A stretch of DNA of 35,524 bases from Desulfobacteraceae bacterium. GTDB taxonomy: Bacteria; Desulfobacterota; Desulfobacteria; Desulfobacterales; SpSt-501. Below, one piece after another: positions 32,551 to 35,524 of this stretch. The stretch is from assembly GCA_041310895.1 (NCBI GenBank), contig JBFYWT010000002.1, positions 1 to 35,524 of the forward strand. Reading direction: 5' to 3'. Under the pieces are notes generated by a model, which had not been told where the DNA came from, did no database searches, and saw only the letters and a program-made list of their open reading frames with translations. Numbering within the stretch: position 1 is the first letter of the stretch; the number at the start of each line of letters is the position of its first letter. The translations under genes and the position numbers were made by a program.

Positions 32551-32754
32551 ATGCCGATTTACGAATACGAGTGCAAGGCCTGCTGCCATTGTTTCGAGGA
32601 GTTGGTCTTCTCCTCTGACTCCTCTGCGCCCGCCTGCCCCAAGTGCGGCTGCGCCGATGTGCAGAAGCTCATGTCCGCCGGGTGCGTTCGGCCTCAGGGG
32701 ATCCCCAGCGGCTCGGGTGGTTTCAAGGCCCCTGCCTGCAAACCCTCGGGCTGA
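32551..32754 (+). CDS. FmdB-family zinc-ribbon protein (CxxC_CxxC_SSSS type)
   Basis: 67 aa. MPIYEYECKAC.H.FE........... .CPKCG...V.KL.S followed by a Gly/Ser-rich tail, the classic family signature. Confidence 0.8.
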   Translation: MPIYEYECKACCHCFEELVFSSDSSAPACPKCGCADVQKLMSAGCVRPQGIPSGSGGFKAPACKPSG

Positions 32755-32789
32755 CGGATCTGATCCCCCTCGGTCCGAGGGGCCAACTA

Positions 32790-32827
32790 AAATGCACGGG
32801 GCCTGCGTCGTCAGGCCCCGTGCATTT
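32790..32827. terminator. Perfect 16-bp stem-loop between convergent genes (bidirectional terminator)
   Basis: AAATGCACGGGGCCTG-cgtcgt-CAGGCCCCGTGCATTT. Flanked by an A-run on one side and a T-run on the other. The last base overlaps the stop codon of the minus-strand hydrolase gene. Confidence 0.6.
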
Positions 32828-33510
32828 CACACGTCGATGGTCTCGCCTGGTTTCATCACCGCCACGCGGGCCCCGGTCTCTTTTTCCACCCGGGCGGCCC
32901 ATGCGTTCGGGTCCTGCTTGATGACGTCGAAGGTGTTGTAGTGGATGGGCACCACGCGTTTGGGTGCGATCAGTTTGACCGCCCGCAGGGCATCCTCCGG
33001 CCCCATGGTGAAGTTGTCGCCGATGGGCAGGATCGCCAGATCGATCCCCTCCTCGCCGATCAGCCGCATGTCCCCGAAGAGTCCCGTGTCACAGGCGTGG
33101 TAGATCTTCTTGCCTTCGATGTAGAAGAGGAACCCGCAGGGGTTCCCGCCGTAGGAGCCGTCCGGCAGGGCGGAGCCGTGGAGGGCGAGGGTCAGCTTGA
33201 CCCTTCCCCAGGGATAGTCGAAGCCGCCGCCGATGTGCTGGGGGTGGACGTTTTTGACTCCCTGGGCGACCATCCAGTTCTGGATCTCGAAGTTTGATAT
33301 CACCGTGGCGCCGGTGCGTCGGGCGATCGACACCGTGTCGCCCACGTGGTCCCCGTGGCCGTGGGATACCAGGATGTAGTCTGCCGCCACCGTGTCGGCT
33401 TTGACGGGGGCGAGCGGGTTTCCGGTGAGGAAGGGATCGACCAGGAGCCTGGCCTTCGGACTTTCGAAAAGAAAACAGGCGTGGCTGTACCATGTGGCGT
33501 TGACGGTCAT
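32827..33510 (-). CDS. MBL-fold metal-dependent hydrolase (UPF0173-like)
   Basis: Start at MTVNATWYSHACFLFE (ATG 33510; the track ORF extends upstream into yhhQ). LVDPFL.GNP, YILVSHGHGDHVGD, YHAGDTG-like YHACDTGLF, PIGDNFTMG. Confidence 0.8.
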   Translation of the reverse strand: MTVNATWYSHACFLFESPKARLLVDPFLTGNPLAPVKADTVAADYILVSHGHGDHVGDTVSIARRTGATVISNFEIQNWMVAQGVKNVHPQHIGGGFDYPWGRVKLTLALHGSALPDGSYGGNPCGFLFYIEGKKIYHACDTGLFGDMRLIGEEGIDLAILPIGDNFTMGPEDALRAVKLIAPKRVVPIHYNTFDVIKQDPNAWAARVEKETGARVAVMKPGETIDV

Positions 33511-34181
33511 GACGGCCTCCTTTGGGCTGAGGGTTCTTTGACGAGGTAGATGGCCGGCAGGCTGGCCAGCGTCACCACCCCTTTGATGATCACGTTGGCG
33601 GCGAAGATCGACCAGACGACGTCGGGTGGCAGGATGAATGCGAAGGCCCCCCAGCAGAAGATCAGGCTGTCGACCGGGATGCTGATCGCGTTGCTGGTGA
33701 GTACCCGTAACCATTGAAAGCGTTCCGTCACCCGGGCCACCCAGATGCGGTAGACCTCGGTGTCGATCAGTTCACTCACCACTTCGGCCACGATGCTGGC
33801 GAGAACGATGCGCCACACCGGCCCCAACACCGCTGCGAACTCCCGGCCCAAGCCCCAGGCGGGGTCTTCGGGCATCCGGGCCGCCAGCTGGAGAAACAGG
33901 GCCATGAAGAGGTTGACCCCGGCCGCGGTCACGACCACCGTGCGCGCGGCCGCGATGCCCAGCCGTTTGTGCACCAGGTCCCGCAGGGTGAAGGTGAGCG
34001 GGTAGATGAAGGTCCCCGCATCGATGCTGAATCCTGCGAGCAGGGCGATCTTCAGGCTGCCGACATCCGAGAGCATCTGGGCGGCGATATAAAGCGACAC
34101 CAGCACGATCCCGGCGGTCGGTAGGACGGACAGTGCCGGGGCGTCCTGCCTCATCAGGGCCACTTGTCGTTCAAGCGTCAT
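33507..34181 (-). CDS. yhhQ: Queuosine-precursor transporter (YhhQ / DUF165, VUT family)
   Basis: 224 aa, six TM helices. Motifs G.FIYPLTF...D...E.LG........V, SN.IS.P.DS.IF and Y.K as in YhhQ. The stop overlaps the hydrolase start (ATGA). Confidence 0.75.
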   Translation of the reverse strand: MTLERQVALMRQDAPALSVLPTAGIVLVSLYIAAQMLSDVGSLKIALLAGFSIDAGTFIYPLTFTLRDLVHKRLGIAAARTVVVTAAGVNLFMALFLQLAARMPEDPAWGLGREFAAVLGPVWRIVLASIVAEVVSELIDTEVYRIWVARVTERFQWLRVLTSNAISIPVDSLIFCWGAFAFILPPDVVWSIFAANVIIKGVVTLASLPAIYLVKEPSAQRRPS

Positions 34182-34394
34182 GAGCTCCCGTATAGTCCAG
34201 AACGCGAGCTGGTGTCCATACCGCTGTGCGCCCGCCGTGCAGACTAAAAAAATACATATTTGTTTTTAATTCAGATTGATTTTAACATTTCTGTTGGTAT
34301 TTTGATTGGCTCCGGCGGGTGGGGTGGGTCCCGGCTGGTCGATAACAAATTGTAAACTATATGTATTCAGGTTTTCGCCCAGGGATTGAGCGCA

Positions 34395-34409
34395 TGGCAC
34401 GCAGATTGA
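34395..34409 (+). promoter_or_regulatory. Sigma-54 (RpoN) promoter
   Basis: TGGCACGcagaTTGA matches TGGCACG-N4-TTGC at 14 of 15 defined positions with exact spacing. It lies about 50 nt upstream of the ATG at 34459. Confidence 0.5.
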
Positions 34410-34458
34410 ATTACTTGCCACCAGTAAATCCACCGACGTGTGTGAAAAGGGTAACGTT

Positions 34459-34659
34459 ATGAGACTCGATTCGTGCTGCAAAACCGACGCTGGCCTCTCC
34501 AAGGAAAAGACCGATGCCTGCACCTGTTCGCACTGCCTGCGGACCTTCAAATCCAGCGCCGATCTGGTACGCAGCGGCAATGGGGTCCTTTGCATCGGAT
34601 GCTACGAGAGGCTGATCGACCCGTATCCGCGGCTCTGCTGCGACGGGGCCGCGTTCTAA
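34459..34659 (+). CDS. Cys-rich small protein (66 aa, 9 Cys; zinc-ribbon-like CSHC...CIGC core flanked by CC pairs)
   Basis: ATG 34459 with AAAGGG 7 nt upstream (track start GTG 34438). MRLDSCCKTDAGLSKEKTDACTCSHCLRTFKSSADLVRSGNGVLCIGCYERLIDPYPRLCCDGAAF. Sits between a sigma-54 promoter and a T7-run terminator-like element. Confidence 0.45.
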   Translation: MRLDSCCKTDAGLSKEKTDACTCSHCLRTFKSSADLVRSGNGVLCIGCYERLIDPYPRLCCDGAAF

Positions 34660-34758
34660 AAAACGTTTTTAACAACTCGGCTCCAGGCCCGGATCCGGCG
34701 GTGGCGGTCGGTGCTGACGCCTATCCCGCTGAAGCGGACCGGGGTTCGGGGTAATGCC

Positions 34759-34790
34759 GCCCGACCTGGCTGCCGGGCCGGTGTTTTTTT
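34759..34790 (+). terminator. Possible intrinsic terminator (short GC stem plus T7 run)
   Basis: GCCCG (34759-34763) pairs with CGGGC (34774-34778). TTTTTTT at 34784-34790. The stem is short and sits 5 nt from the T-run. Confidence 0.3.
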
Positions 34791-35174
34791 CAGGTACCCT
34801 GCCGCAGTCGCTTCCTTCCTTCCTTCGACCGGTGTCCGCCGCACAGGTCCATCCTCGCGCTTTTTCCGAGCATGCAGGGGTTTCTTCCGGTGGGATATGA
34901 GCGTTCAGTTTTTTCGTGCCGAAGACAGTCGGTACATGTTCGACCCGGACACCTTTCAGGTCTATCGTTTCGAGGACGGCGCTGGGTTCTGACCGACGAC
35001 CTCACACGGCGTGAGGACATCCGCTTCCGTTTCGTGAAGGGGAGCTGCCTGGAAGTCCAGCAGGCCGCCTGCGGTTGACCATTATCGCCCGTCACGCGGA
35101 CGGCGGTCGGCCCCCTCACTCATCGCCGCTTTCCCTTATTCCTGGAGGAGGGGATGTGTGAGGATCGGTGTCCG

Positions 35175-35504
35175 TCAACCCGGGAACAGGGATTGCAATC
35201 TGAGCAGCAGCGATAGGTCCCCCTCGACCCTGTATTTGCCGGTCATGTAGGCCTGCTGGCCGTCGATCGTCCCCGCCGCAATTCCCTGCCACACCTCCGC
35301 GGGAGTGTGGATCACGATGGCAGGCGCAGCGGCCGGATCGTCATGGTAGCTGCAAACCCCTTTCGCGATCCTCAGATGTGCTTGAAAGGTCTCTGCGCCG
35401 GTTACGTCGAATTGGATCACCGCCTCGAGTCCGTCGGCCGCGGCGGGATCGAAGCCGAGGGGCATCGCCTGCAACAGCTCCCTGCAACTCATCTTCGGCG
35501 CCAT
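35175..35504 (-). CDS. SCP2 sterol-carrier-like domain protein
   Basis: 109 aa. ....A.IQFD..G......HL.I..G.C........ P...I......W..I..G..DG..A.M.GK..VEGD..L...L..LF is the typical SCP2 pattern. Confidence 0.65.
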   Translation of the reverse strand: MAPKMSCRELLQAMPLGFDPAAADGLEAVIQFDVTGAETFQAHLRIAKGVCSYHDDPAAAPAIVIHTPAEVWQGIAAGTIDGQQAYMTGKYRVEGDLSLLLRLQSLFPG

Positions 35505-35524
35505 GGTGGCGGATAGGCGATGGG

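Noticed and set aside
32551-32754. The FmdB-type peptide as a RiPP precursor for the adjacent radical SAM enzyme.
   Set aside because: The sequence is a canonical member of a ubiquitous zinc-ribbon family. It has its own promoter-like element and is separated from the rSAM gene by 102 nt. Nothing in the sequence indicates a leader/core organisation. It is kept only as a neighbourhood note.
34182-34260. A preQ1 riboswitch in the yhhQ leader. YhhQ genes are often preQ1-controlled.
   Set aside because: The minus-strand leader can form CCAG-cucgcguu-CUGG, and AGCUC can pair with the GAGCU next to the SD. The hallmark A-rich tail (..UAAAAAACUA..) of preQ1-I is absent, and I see no preQ1-II or preQ1-III features. 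An Infernal scan with RF00522, RF01054 and RF02680 would settle it.
1-35524. CRISPR arrays, rRNA or intact tRNA genes, integrase or recombinase genes, prophage or conjugation modules, toxin-antitoxin pairs.
   Set aside because: I scanned all intergenic regions by eye and found no spaced direct-repeat arrays and no cloverleaf-capable tRNA sequence. The only mobile-element trace is the degraded IS4 transposase tail at 2876-3273.

Overview
GC-rich (about 65-70% in most genes) bacterial chromosomal segment. The gene content and repeat types look like a deltaproteobacterium or a similar anaerobe. I support about 35 protein-coding genes and find no rRNA, no intact tRNA and no CRISPR array. Gene order, left to right:
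- a truncated UROC1-like urocanase;
- garR and hyi (glycerate pathway);
- a visibly lower-GC insert holding a decayed IS4-family transposase remnant, an RpiR regulator, a D-aminoacylase and a TRAP transporter (dctPQM);
- an exported Fe/Mn superoxide dismutase;
- a tight minus-strand operon (PQQ sugar dehydrogenase, ADP-forming acyl-CoA synthetase alpha and beta, EamA exporter);
- two translationally coupled, membrane-anchored dynamin-like P-loop GTPases;
- a DUF2914-like protein;
- a ~600-aa protein I cannot place in any family;
- a PaaI thioesterase, a trypsin-like protease fused to TPR repeats, an Fe-alcohol dehydrogenase, a LOG-family protein, a DUF4124 protein and a 321-aa hypothetical;
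- an Rrf2 regulator with a J-domain protein, and a NUDIX hydrolase;
- DUF5658, a B12-binding radical SAM enzyme and an FmdB zinc ribbon;
- an MBL-fold hydrolase coupled to yhhQ, a probable sigma-54-driven Cys-rich mini-protein, and an SCP2 protein.

The best candidate for an undescribed system is the tandem GTPase pair (14191-17900). Secondary leads are the unclassifiable 18672-20483 protein, a highly structured gene-free region with an intrinsic terminator (26971-27124, candidate sRNA), a stem-loop array in front of the radical SAM gene, a ~52-nt palindromic repeat family, and the yhhQ-hydrolase coupling. All functional calls rest on motif recognition from memory. No database search was run.
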